A stretch of 62,783 bases of DNA, from positions 1-62,783 of the forward strand of contig JBBCKI010000032.1 of assembly GCA_037190965.1 (NCBI GenBank). The letters are read 5' to 3'. Source of the DNA: Chthoniobacteraceae bacterium. GTDB taxonomy: Bacteria; Verrucomicrobiota; Verrucomicrobiia; Chthoniobacterales; Chthoniobacteraceae. Below are positions 1-8,660 of this stretch, one piece after another. Position 1 is the stretch's first letter; every line of letters begins with the position of its first letter. Below the pieces are notes generated by a model that was not told the DNA's origin, did not search any database, and saw nothing but the letters and a program-made list of their open reading frames with translations. The translations under genes and the position numbers were made by a program.

Positions 1-7
1 GATTACG

Positions 8-94
8 TCCGTCCTGCGGAGTTTTGCCCCCAATGCCACTTCTTGTCATCTCCCGCGCTCGACGGCGCGAGCGGGCTACCGGTGCTGCCGCACC
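8..94. repeat. REPIN-like element family A, partial/variant copy at window edge
   Basis: CCCGCGCTCGACGGCGCGAGCGGGCTACCGGTGCTGCCGCACC (52-94) is the reverse complement of the family-A left arm; internal hairpin variant TCCGTCCTGCGGA at 8-20. Confidence 0.85.
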
Positions 95-164
95 ATTCGG
101 CAAGGAAGAGCGAAACCCTTTTGCGCTTCCTTTTCGCCCGGTTCCTGCTTTTCTTTCCGGGTAA

Positions 165-1178
165 ATGGATTTCCCCAGCGAGTCGGAGATTGCGGCAGCG
201 GGCGCAAAACTGCAGCGGTTGCGCGCAGAACTGAATAGCGTTCTTTTCGGCCAGGAACGGCTGATCGAGGGTGTACTGACCGGGCTGCTGGCGCGGGGGC
301 ACCTTTTATTGGAAGGCCTTCCGGGCCTGGGAAAGACAGAACTCGTCAAGGCGCTCGCCCGCGCCATCGGGCTGGAGAGCAAGCGCATCCAGTTCACCCC
401 GGACCTCCTCCCCGGCGACGTCACAGGCAGCCCGATTTTTCAGGAAAATGCGGAAAACAACCGCCGGGAGTTCGTGTTCCAGCCGGGGCCGCTTTTCGCG
501 AATCTCGTGCTGGCGGACGAGATCAATCGTGCCTCGCCCAAAACGCAATCCGCCCTGCTCGAAGCCATGCAGGAGCGGCGCGTCACCGTCATGGGAGAAA
601 GCCACTGGCTTCCCGATCCGTTTTTCGTCGTCGCCACGCAGAACCCGATCGAGCTGGAGGGAACCTACCCGCTCCCCGAGGCGCAACTTGACCGCTTCCT
701 CTTCAAGCTCGATGTGCCGCGAGCGGGCGCGGGCGTGTTGGAAAGGATCGTCATCGGGCGAGAAATGGGAGTCGAGCCGACCGTTTCGCAGGTGCTCACG
801 CGCGAGGAGCTTTCCGACCTCGCCGCGCTGGCCCGGCGCATCTACATGCCTCCCGTGGTGGCCAACTACATCGCCCGGCTGGTGGACGCCACGCATCCAG
901 GCTGTTCCTCCGCCACGCAAAAGGTGAAATTCGGCGCGAGCCCCCGCGCCGCGCTTGGCCTTGCCGCCGCCGCCCGGGGCCGCGCCCTGCTGGAAGGCCG
1001 CCTCAATGCCAGCTTCGAAGACGTCGCCGCCGTGGCTCCGCCGGTGCTGGGCCACAGGATCATCCTCGACTATTCCGCGCGGCTGGTCGGGGAAACGAGC
1101 GCGGGCGTCGTCGAGCGGCTGCTTGCGGAAGTCCCGTTTCAGAGTCTCGAAACCCCCGGCATGCTAACTTCTGTCTGA
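165..1178 (+). CDS. MoxR-family AAA+ ATPase
   Basis: GLPGLGKT Walker A, RIQFTPDLLPGD, LADEINRASPKTQSALLEAM, ATQNPIELEGTYPLPEAQLDRF motifs. Confidence 0.95.
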   Translation: MDFPSESEIAAAGAKLQRLRAELNSVLFGQERLIEGVLTGLLARGHLLLEGLPGLGKTELVKALARAIGLESKRIQFTPDLLPGDVTGSPIFQENAENNRREFVFQPGPLFANLVLADEINRASPKTQSALLEAMQERRVTVMGESHWLPDPFFVVATQNPIELEGTYPLPEAQLDRFLFKLDVPRAGAGVLERIVIGREMGVEPTVSQVLTREELSDLAALARRIYMPPVVANYIARLVDATHPGCSSATQKVKFGASPRAALGLAAAARGRALLEGRLNASFEDVAAVAPPVLGHRIILDYSARLVGETSAGVVERLLAEVPFQSLETPGMLTSV

Positions 1179-1187
1179 CTTTCGCTT

Positions 1188-2960
1188 ATGATGAACCGAT
1201 TGCATCTCCCAAAGGGTTGCCTCGTCGCCATTTTCGGGTTGGCTGCCGTCAACCTGGCCCAAGCGCAGGTGATACAAACCGATCCGGCGAGCGGAATTGA
1301 TATCCAGGTCACTAACGATTTCGAAAATCCCCCCTGCACCGGTGCGGTTCCCTTGCGTGTACGGATTCGGAATCACTCGCCAAAGGATGGAAAATGGCAG
1401 TTCAATTTCGAGTCCCCGCCAAGAGGCGGATCCAGCGATGAGACCCGGGTGGATCTGAAGGTCGAAGCGGGGCAGACCCGGACCTTTTCCATCGTCGTCC
1501 CGGTCAGACCCTTCAATGGGCGATGGATGAACATTAATGCCTCCGCGACGGGGCCCGGCTCTCCCAAGGGAATGGCGCGATTCAGCTACTCCGCGCCAGG
1601 CTCGGGATCAAATCAGACCGCCATGCTGGCCATCAGCCGCGAACTGGCCATGCGTTCGCTGGAACCGTTGAGAGCGGCGCTCGATAAGGAGAGCTGGACA
1701 TTGAACGCCACCCAGTTTGCCCCGGGTGAGTTGCCGGAACAATGGCGCGGTTTTTCGGGGGCGAACTGGATCATGCTCTCAGATCGCGAGTGGGGGATCC
1801 TCACTCCGGGATCCCGGAACGCCATCCGCCAATGGGTCGGAACGGGCGGACGGCTGGTCATGATGTCCACCAATCCCGCCACCGTCTCGTGGACGGGATT
1901 CAGGTTACAAGGTGGCACAGGGCCTTTTCCTTACGGCTTTGGGGAGGTCAGATCGCTTGAATGGAACGGTCGGGAGGTCCCGCCCGAGACATTGAAGCCG
2001 TTAATGACGGAGACGAATTTCGATGTCGCCCTCCAAGCGCCTTCAACCTGGCTTCCCGTTGAAAAACTTGGCGAGATGGCTCCCGAGAGAGGCCTCATTC
2101 TCACCATCGTCGTCGTCCTGGCCGTCGCGCTGGGGCCCGTAAACCTCTTCTATCTGGCCCCGGCGGGCCGCCGCCATCGGCTCTTTGTCACCACCCCGCT
2201 GCTCTCGCTGGGAGGAAGCGCCCTGATGCTTGTCGCCATCATTCTTCACGACGGAGTGGGAGGCTCGGGAAGGAGATTGACCGTGCTTCAATTTCTTCCG
2301 GGAGCCCATGAAGCCGTGGTGCTTCAGGATCAGGTTTCCCGCAACGGCCTGCTTCTCTCGGGAGCATTCACGTTGAACGAAGAGACGGCCATCGACTACG
2401 TCACCATTGGAAGGTCTCTGAAACGTAGGAACTATACTGAGTATCCTGAAGCAGGAACTTTCGCCCTCCAGAACGGCGTCCATTCCGGAAGCTGGTTCCA
2501 GAGCCGTTCCCTAAAAGCGCACCAACTGACCTCCCTCCGTTCCACGCGGGCGGCGATCACCGTGGTCGGACATGATGCCTCAGGAGCGCCACAGGTGGTC
2601 TCCAGCTTCGCAAGTCCGCTCGCCAGCCTCGCACTAAAGGATGCGGACGGAAAATGGTGGAGGGGGGAGAATCTCAAGACAGGAGAACGGGTGGCTCTCT
2701 CGGCGGCAGCGGAAAAGGATTGCCGCGCCCTATGGCTAGTCGCCATGGAGGAAGCCCATGAAAAGAGCCGTTCTCTCATCGAGAAAGCCCACGGCAAAGG
2801 CAAAGAATTCGGACGCCCCAATCACTTCTACGCCACACTCGCGACCCCGGAGACCGAGACGATCCCCACGCTGAAATCCATTCGATGGAGTAGCAGGGCG
2901 GTCGCGCTCGGCCCTGTGGAGAGCGCGCCTGCCATGACCGGGGGAGGAAACGCCCAATGA
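1188..2960 (+). CDS. Exported/membrane protein of the MoxR-ABC operon (signal peptide, extracytoplasmic domain, internal TM pair)
   Basis: Signal-peptide-like N-terminus ending AQA; hydrophobic segments GLILTIVVVLAVALGPVNLFYL and LFVTTPLLSLGGSALMLVAIIL; stop overlaps next ATG. Confidence 0.8.
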   Translation: MMNRLHLPKGCLVAIFGLAAVNLAQAQVIQTDPASGIDIQVTNDFENPPCTGAVPLRVRIRNHSPKDGKWQFNFESPPRGGSSDETRVDLKVEAGQTRTFSIVVPVRPFNGRWMNINASATGPGSPKGMARFSYSAPGSGSNQTAMLAISRELAMRSLEPLRAALDKESWTLNATQFAPGELPEQWRGFSGANWIMLSDREWGILTPGSRNAIRQWVGTGGRLVMMSTNPATVSWTGFRLQGGTGPFPYGFGEVRSLEWNGREVPPETLKPLMTETNFDVALQAPSTWLPVEKLGEMAPERGLILTIVVVLAVALGPVNLFYLAPAGRRHRLFVTTPLLSLGGSALMLVAIILHDGVGGSGRRLTVLQFLPGAHEAVVLQDQVSRNGLLLSGAFTLNEETAIDYVTIGRSLKRRNYTEYPEAGTFALQNGVHSGSWFQSRSLKAHQLTSLRSTRAAITVVGHDASGAPQVVSSFASPLASLALKDADGKWWRGENLKTGERVALSAAAEKDCRALWLVAMEEAHEKSRSLIEKAHGKGKEFGRPNHFYATLATPETETIPTLKSIRWSSRAVALGPVESAPAMTGGGNAQ

Positions 2961-3943
2961 ACCAGCCACTAGTCGAAGTTTGCGATCTCTGCCGGACCTT
3001 TGGAAACATCGAGGCGGTCAACCATCTCTCGTTCACCATCCAACGCGGGCAGGTGGTCGGTTTCATCGGAGCCAACGGCGCGGGAAAAACGACCACCATG
3101 CGGATGATGGCCACGTTGGAGATGCCGACCTCCGGGTCGATCCGCATCGGCGGTTACGACGTCGTCAATCACCCCAACAAGGTGCGCCGCCTCATCGGCT
3201 GGATGCCGGACGCCTACGGCACCTACGACAACATGACGGTGGTCGAGTATCTCGACTTCTACGCGCGCGCCTTCGGCTTCAAAAAAGCCGACCGCGTGCA
3301 GCGCGTCGAGGAGGTCATGGACTTTGCGAACCTCCGGGGGCTTTCCGATCGCGCCATCAACAAACTTTCCAAGGGGATGGCCCAGCGGCTCTGCCTTGGC
3401 CGGACGCTCCTGCACGATCCCGATCTGCTGATTCTCGACGAACCTGCCGCCGGGCTGGATCCGAAAGCGCGCATTGAATTCAAGCACCTCGTAAGACTGT
3501 TGGCGGATGAAGGGAAGACCCTCTTCATCTCCTCTCACATTCTCTCCGAACTGGGGGAGATGTGCGACACCCTCCTTTTCATCGACGCCGGGCGGGTCGT
3601 GCATCACGGCTCGTCGGACAGTCTCCTGCGCGAGCGGCGGGAGGATGCTCCCTTCTCCATCGTGGAAGTCCGTCTCGCGGGAGGCGAGGAAGCTCGCACG
3701 GCGCTCCTCAACTGGGCGCCGCTACAACCGGGGACTTCCATCGTCGAGGCAACCCGCGAGGGAGCACGGCTGCGGCTGGAGCCCGACACGCCCGCGGCCA
3801 TGGCGGCGCTCCTGCGAAAGATGGTCCAGGATGGGATCGCCGTCGCCGAATTCCGGCGCGAAGACCGCAAACTGGAAGACGCCTTTGTTGAGATCCTCGG
3901 CAGAAAAGAGGCATCCACTCCACCACCGCTTCCCTCCCTATGA
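2957..3943 (+). CDS. ABC-2-type exporter ATP-binding protein
   Basis: GANGAGKTT, LSKGM signature, LILDEP, SSHIL H-loop. Confidence 0.93.
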   Translation: MNQPLVEVCDLCRTFGNIEAVNHLSFTIQRGQVVGFIGANGAGKTTTMRMMATLEMPTSGSIRIGGYDVVNHPNKVRRLIGWMPDAYGTYDNMTVVEYLDFYARAFGFKKADRVQRVEEVMDFANLRGLSDRAINKLSKGMAQRLCLGRTLLHDPDLLILDEPAAGLDPKARIEFKHLVRLLADEGKTLFISSHILSELGEMCDTLLFIDAGRVVHHGSSDSLLRERREDAPFSIVEVRLAGGEEARTALLNWAPLQPGTSIVEATREGARLRLEPDTPAAMAALLRKMVQDGIAVAEFRREDRKLEDAFVEILGRKEASTPPPLPSL

Positions 3944-5322
3944 ACGATTTCGCAGACTGGTTGAGCCCCATTGTGGTAAAGGAACTCCGGCAAGGAATGC
4001 GCTCCCGCGCTTTTGTCAGCATTTTCCTGCTGCTTCAGACCTTCATGATTTTTTGCGTCCTGAGCGCCTTGGGGGATGAATCGCGCAACGGCGCGAGCGC
4101 CTTCTTTTGGGCCGTCATCGGGATTACGCTTCTGCTGGGGATTCCCGCGCGGGGCACTTTCTCCGTCGCGAGCGAGATCAAGGGGAACACGATGGAACTG
4201 CTCCTGCTCACCCAACTTTCCGCGTGGCGGATCATCGCGGGAAAATGGGCCGCTCTCTTTCTCCAAAGTCTTCTTCTAGCCTGCTCGGTGCTTCCCTATG
4301 TCGTCCTCCGTTACTTCTACGGCGGGGTCGACCTTGCCTCGGAATTGATGACACTAGGCAGCATCCTTGCGATCAACGCCCTGCTGACGGCGCTCGCGGT
4401 TGGAATTTCTCCGTATCAACGTTCGGCCATAGGCCGCATCTTTATCGCTCTCGGCAGCGTCGCCATGATCCAGATCGTTCCCGCCGTATTGGTTGGGGCG
4501 GGAATCATGGGGAGAAGCAGCACCCTTTTCAGTTCCCCCGGTTATCTGATGCTTCTGGCCGTGGCCCTGATTGCGCCAATCCTGCTACTGGAATTTCTGG
4601 AATTCGGGATCGCCGGAGTCGCCCCGATGGGGGAGAACCATTCCACCCGCAAGCGACTGCTTGCCCTTACAGGCGTCGCCGCCGCCGCCGCGCTCGCGGC
4701 GTTCTCCGGCCACCGGGAGTTTTTCGCAACCCTCGCCGCCTTGCAGGCTGCGCCCATCTGCCTGATCGCGTTGATGGAAAAGAACCACCCCATTCCAAGC
4801 CTTTATGGCCCGGTCTGGCCATTCCCGCGCCCCTCAAGGATCGCAAGATTCGCCGGGAAGTTTCTTTACCCCGGCTGGACCAGCGCGATTCCCTTTTCCC
4901 TCCTGATCATCGTCGCCGTCGTGGCAATTTCCCCTTTCCGGTTCGATACCCTTCAAGGGAATTTTTATCTCTGTTGCCTGCTGGGCAGCGTCTTCCTGCC
5001 ACTCGCCCTGCTTCGCGTGATTAACCTGAAGAAGGCAGTTTTTCCATTCTTCATTGCCTTTCAGGGGTTCTGCTTCGTTCTGGCCGCTGTCCTCGCCGGG
5101 ACGCTTCCCGACCAGACCAACTTTTCACCCTCCATGTTGTTACCCACCACCGGCTTCCTGGTGAGCCTCTGGCGATCGGGAGACTTCCGCACCGTCCTGC
5201 CCGAAAGCATTGTTCTGGGCCTCCTCATGGTGCTCATCAGCCTCGCAACGTTGCTGGTTTTTTCAGTCCGGGAGTGGCGAGCCATTGCTGAACTGGAGCG
5301 GAAAGCAGGAGCGATGGAGTGA
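3940..5322 (+). CDS. ABC-2-type permease-like polytopic membrane protein
   Basis: PIVVKELRQ elbow helix, EIKGNTMELLLLTQLSAWRIIAGKW coupling helix, many TM segments; ATGA overlap with the ATPase. Confidence 0.85.
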   Translation: MNDFADWLSPIVVKELRQGMRSRAFVSIFLLLQTFMIFCVLSALGDESRNGASAFFWAVIGITLLLGIPARGTFSVASEIKGNTMELLLLTQLSAWRIIAGKWAALFLQSLLLACSVLPYVVLRYFYGGVDLASELMTLGSILAINALLTALAVGISPYQRSAIGRIFIALGSVAMIQIVPAVLVGAGIMGRSSTLFSSPGYLMLLAVALIAPILLLEFLEFGIAGVAPMGENHSTRKRLLALTGVAAAAALAAFSGHREFFATLAALQAAPICLIALMEKNHPIPSLYGPVWPFPRPSRIARFAGKFLYPGWTSAIPFSLLIIVAVVAISPFRFDTLQGNFYLCCLLGSVFLPLALLRVINLKKAVFPFFIAFQGFCFVLAAVLAGTLPDQTNFSPSMLLPTTGFLVSLWRSGDFRTVLPESIVLGLLMVLISLATLLVFSVREWRAIAELERKAGAME

Positions 5323-6032
5323 CCCTCGCCATGGCTAATCCTTCCGCCACCCCGCCGGGCCTCCTTGATTTCCCGGACTGGCTAAGCCCCGTTGCGGTGA
5401 AGGAACTTCGGCAGGCATTACGCGGGCGCGTCTTTATTTCGAATCTTCTGCTCATCCAGGCTTTGACGGTGCTGCAATTTTTCCTCACGCAATACCATGA
5501 ACAAGGCATCCCATTTTGGAGCCTCCTGTTCGTCCTCTTTCTTGGCATCCCCTTGCGCGGCCTTTTTTCCATTAGCCGCGAGTTCAAGGAGAACACCATG
5601 GAGGTTCTCGTCCTCGCAATTCCCCCCTTGCGGGTCGTGTTCGACAAATGGATTGCGCTGTTCCTTCAAAGCCTTCTCCTGATTTGCAGTATCCTGCCCT
5701 ATGTGATCCTCCGAAGTCTCGCCCATGGACTTGATTTCGGGGCCGAGTTGGCTTGCCTCGGTTGGCTCCTCTGGGGGATCGCTATCCTGACCGGACTCGC
5801 CATCAGTTCCTCCCCCTATATGCTATCCGCAATGGGCCGATCGGTCATTGGCGTCGGCGCGTTCATCCTTTTCATCGGCTTTGGCACCACCTATGGAATC
5901 ACTCTCTCTTCGGGGTCAGCCTTGGCGATTTTCTTCGTCGGCATTCTCCTGCTGCCTATTATTTTGGCTCTGACTCCCTTGCCGGGGTTTCTAAGCATGG
6001 CTAGTGATCTAGCTATGGATGATCGCGCCTAA
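5319..6032 (+). CDS. Second, shorter ABC-2 permease paralog
   Basis: DFPDWLSPVAVKELRQ and KWIALFLQSLLLICSILPYVILR closely match the N-half of 3940..5322; GTGA overlap. Confidence 0.75.
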   Translation: MTLAMANPSATPPGLLDFPDWLSPVAVKELRQALRGRVFISNLLLIQALTVLQFFLTQYHEQGIPFWSLLFVLFLGIPLRGLFSISREFKENTMEVLVLAIPPLRVVFDKWIALFLQSLLLICSILPYVILRSLAHGLDFGAELACLGWLLWGIAILTGLAISSSPYMLSAMGRSVIGVGAFILFIGFGTTYGITLSSGSALAIFFVGILLLPIILALTPLPGFLSMASDLAMDDRA

Positions 6033-6915
6033 CATGATTCCCCCTCCCGAAGAATTGAGCGCCCTTCAGGCCCGGATGCAGGCAGCTGCCCGGGCCGTTC
6101 GGCTGCCTTTGCGGAACCGGGCTTGGCGCGGGCTCCACGGGAGTTTTACAGGAACAGGCACTGGGAGCTCCATCGACTTCCAGGATCACCGCCCGTACTT
6201 CCCCGGCGACGATCCCCGGCATATCGACTGGCAGGCGTATGCCCGCTCCGGTCACTACTCCATGAAGCTCTACCGTGAGGAGGTCAGCCCGGGGGTGGAT
6301 CTCGCGCTCGACGTCTCCGAGTCGATGGCTCTCGATTCCTCCAAGGCCGAACGGACGCTGGAGCTTTTCTACTTCGCCGCCGCCAGCGCCATGCAGGCCC
6401 GCAGTCTTCTTAGGTGTTATTTGGTGGCAGGCGGATCGATTGTCCCGCTCGCGGCGGAGGCGATTTTCTCCGGGCCACGACTGGCCGAAGCCCGCGAAGA
6501 AGCGCTTAAAGTGGCAGCGGCTACCCTTCCCGCGTTGGACCGCATCCCGTGGCGGACGGGATCTTTGCGTCTCTGGATTTCCGACCTCCTCTATCCGGGC
6601 GAGCCTTCTACGGGCGCGCTGACGGGGGGCCGGGGTCGCGGGGTGATTCTCGTGCCGTGGAGCCGTGCCGAGTTGGAGCCCGCATGGGAGGGCAACGTAG
6701 AGCTGATCGATTGCGAGAGCGACCAACGCCGCCGCCAGCGGGTGGATGGCGGGTTGCTCGCCCGCTACCGGGATGCTTATATGCGACACTTCGATCTCTG
6801 GCGCGACCACGCCCGGCGCAGCGGCGCGGCCTTTGCGAGAGTTCCCGCCGGGCCCGCCTTTCTTGAAGCCCTGAGCGAGGAGGCGCTGCCCAACGGGGCG
6901 GTGGAACCGGCATGA
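6019..6915 (+). CDS. DUF58-family protein (vWA-like MoxR partner)
   Basis: GSSIDFQDHRPYFPGDDPRHIDWQAYARS and LDVSESM motifs; alternative start 6034. Confidence 0.92.
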   Translation: MIAPNMIPPPEELSALQARMQAAARAVRLPLRNRAWRGLHGSFTGTGTGSSIDFQDHRPYFPGDDPRHIDWQAYARSGHYSMKLYREEVSPGVDLALDVSESMALDSSKAERTLELFYFAAASAMQARSLLRCYLVAGGSIVPLAAEAIFSGPRLAEAREEALKVAAATLPALDRIPWRTGSLRLWISDLLYPGEPSTGALTGGRGRGVILVPWSRAELEPAWEGNVELIDCESDQRRRQRVDGGLLARYRDAYMRHFDLWRDHARRSGAAFARVPAGPAFLEALSEEALPNGAVEPA

Positions 6916-8660
6916 TGCCCGATCTCTCCTTCGCCCATCCGCTCGCCGGGGCGCTCGCGTTGCTCGGCATTCCCGCCGTCATCGCAATTCATTTTCTACA
7001 ACTCCCCTCCAGGCCCGAGCGGGTCAGCACGCTGTTCCTGTTGAACCATCTGGAACCGGAGAGCCGGGGCGGCAGAAGGCTGCAACGGCTCCGCCAGTCG
7101 GTGCCGCTCTGGTTGCAGCTTCTTGCCGTCCTCCTCATCGCTTGGCTGCTGGCGGAGCCGCGCTGGTTGCGGCCCGATTCCGCCCAGGCCGTGCTCGTCG
7201 TTCTCGACAGCTCCGTCTCCATGCGCGCGATCGAGCAGCCGCTGCGCACCCGGCTGCCCGATCGTCTCCGCGCCCTGGCGCGTTCCGCCGCGAAGACGGA
7301 ATGGCTGTTGCTGGAGACCGATCCCGCCGCCGGGCGGCTCTATTCCGGCGGCAGGCTGGAGGAGTTGGAAGCGACGCTTGCCCGGTGGCGACCACGACTA
7401 GGCTCGCACGATGTCTTCCCCGCGCTACGGCTGGCGCAATCGCTCGCGCGCGATAGGGGCCTTGTGATTTTCGTGACCGACCGACCCGCGCCGGGGGCAC
7501 TCCCCCCGGGCGTCGAACTTCTTGCTCTCGGTCAGCCGTTGGAGAACCTCGGCTTCTGCGGCGTCCGCGCCAGCTCGGAAGGGCTGGGGGGGTGGGAAGC
7601 ACTAGTCAGAAACTACGGCACCCGGCCTCAGACCCGCCGCTGGTGGCTGGAAGACGCCGCGGGACAGCGGCTAGGCAAGCCTGAGACGATCACCGTACAG
7701 GCGGGGCGCGCCGAAACATTGCGGGGCCGTTTCCCCGACGCCGGTTCCATCCAGCTCGTTTTGGAGCCCGGAGACGGCTTCGAGTTTGACGACAGGCTCC
7801 CGCTGGTACGCCCCAAGCCGAAACGCCTCCGTGTCCAGGTGGAGGGGACGGCGCACTTTGGCGAATGGCTGGAGACCTTCCTGGACGGCGCGCCCGCGTT
7901 GGACCGCGTGACGGAAGCGCCTGATCTGGTGATCGCCCATTACGACCCGCTCGCGCCGAAATTACCCGAGGGCCCCTCCTTGGTCTTCGTCCGCAACCCG
8001 GCACCCGCGACCAATCTGCTCAAAGGGATGGTGGTGGCCGAGCGCGATCCACTCACCTCGGGGTTGAGTTGGGACGGCCTTCTCGCCGCCGAAAGTTTCG
8101 CCTTTCCCGCCAAGCCTGGAGATATCGTTCTGCTCTGGCAGGGGACCCGCCCGCTCATCACCCGGAGAGGCCCGCGCCTGCTGATCGGCTTCGACCCCGC
8201 GAACTCGAATGCCTCGCGGCTCCCGGCTTTCGTCCTGCTCTTGCACCGGTTTACCGAGGCGGTTCGCGCGGAGGTCGTCGCCACTGAAACCGCCAACGTG
8301 GAGACCAACCAGAGCCTCCGCATTGCTTCGGGCGGCGCAGCGCTGCGAGTCTGGAGCGGCGAAAAGCCCGAAGGCCTCCCCGGTCTGCCACGAGCTCCGT
8401 TCGAACCCGGCTTTTTCGAAGTCCGCGAGGAAGCAGAAGGGCAAACCAAGGTCGTGCGGTTTACGGGCGCGGCGCATTTCGCTGACGCGCGCGAGGCCGA
8501 TTTTCGCGACGCCGCGAGCGCCGACGGGATCGCCACCGCCGCCCGCCGCCAGCGGGAACGTCACTCGCGGCAGGATGGCCTCACTCCGCTCTGGGTGCTC
8601 CTTCTGGGGGCCGTCATGATGGTTAACTGGGGTTGGCAGGAGAGGAGGAAATCGTCGTGA
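6912..8660 (+). CDS. vWA protein with BatA-type N-terminal double-TM and C-terminal TM
   Basis: FAHP..LLGIPAVIAIHFL..VSTLFL..LWLQLL..LLAEPRW N-terminus; MIDAS LDSSVSM. Confidence 0.85.
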   Translation: MMPDLSFAHPLAGALALLGIPAVIAIHFLQLPSRPERVSTLFLLNHLEPESRGGRRLQRLRQSVPLWLQLLAVLLIAWLLAEPRWLRPDSAQAVLVVLDSSVSMRAIEQPLRTRLPDRLRALARSAAKTEWLLLETDPAAGRLYSGGRLEELEATLARWRPRLGSHDVFPALRLAQSLARDRGLVIFVTDRPAPGALPPGVELLALGQPLENLGFCGVRASSEGLGGWEALVRNYGTRPQTRRWWLEDAAGQRLGKPETITVQAGRAETLRGRFPDAGSIQLVLEPGDGFEFDDRLPLVRPKPKRLRVQVEGTAHFGEWLETFLDGAPALDRVTEAPDLVIAHYDPLAPKLPEGPSLVFVRNPAPATNLLKGMVVAERDPLTSGLSWDGLLAAESFAFPAKPGDIVLLWQGTRPLITRRGPRLLIGFDPANSNASRLPAFVLLLHRFTEAVRAEVVATETANVETNQSLRIASGGAALRVWSGEKPEGLPGLPRAPFEPGFFEVREEAEGQTKVVRFTGAAHFADAREADFRDAASADGIATAARRQRERHSRQDGLTPLWVLLLGAVMMVNWGWQERRKSS

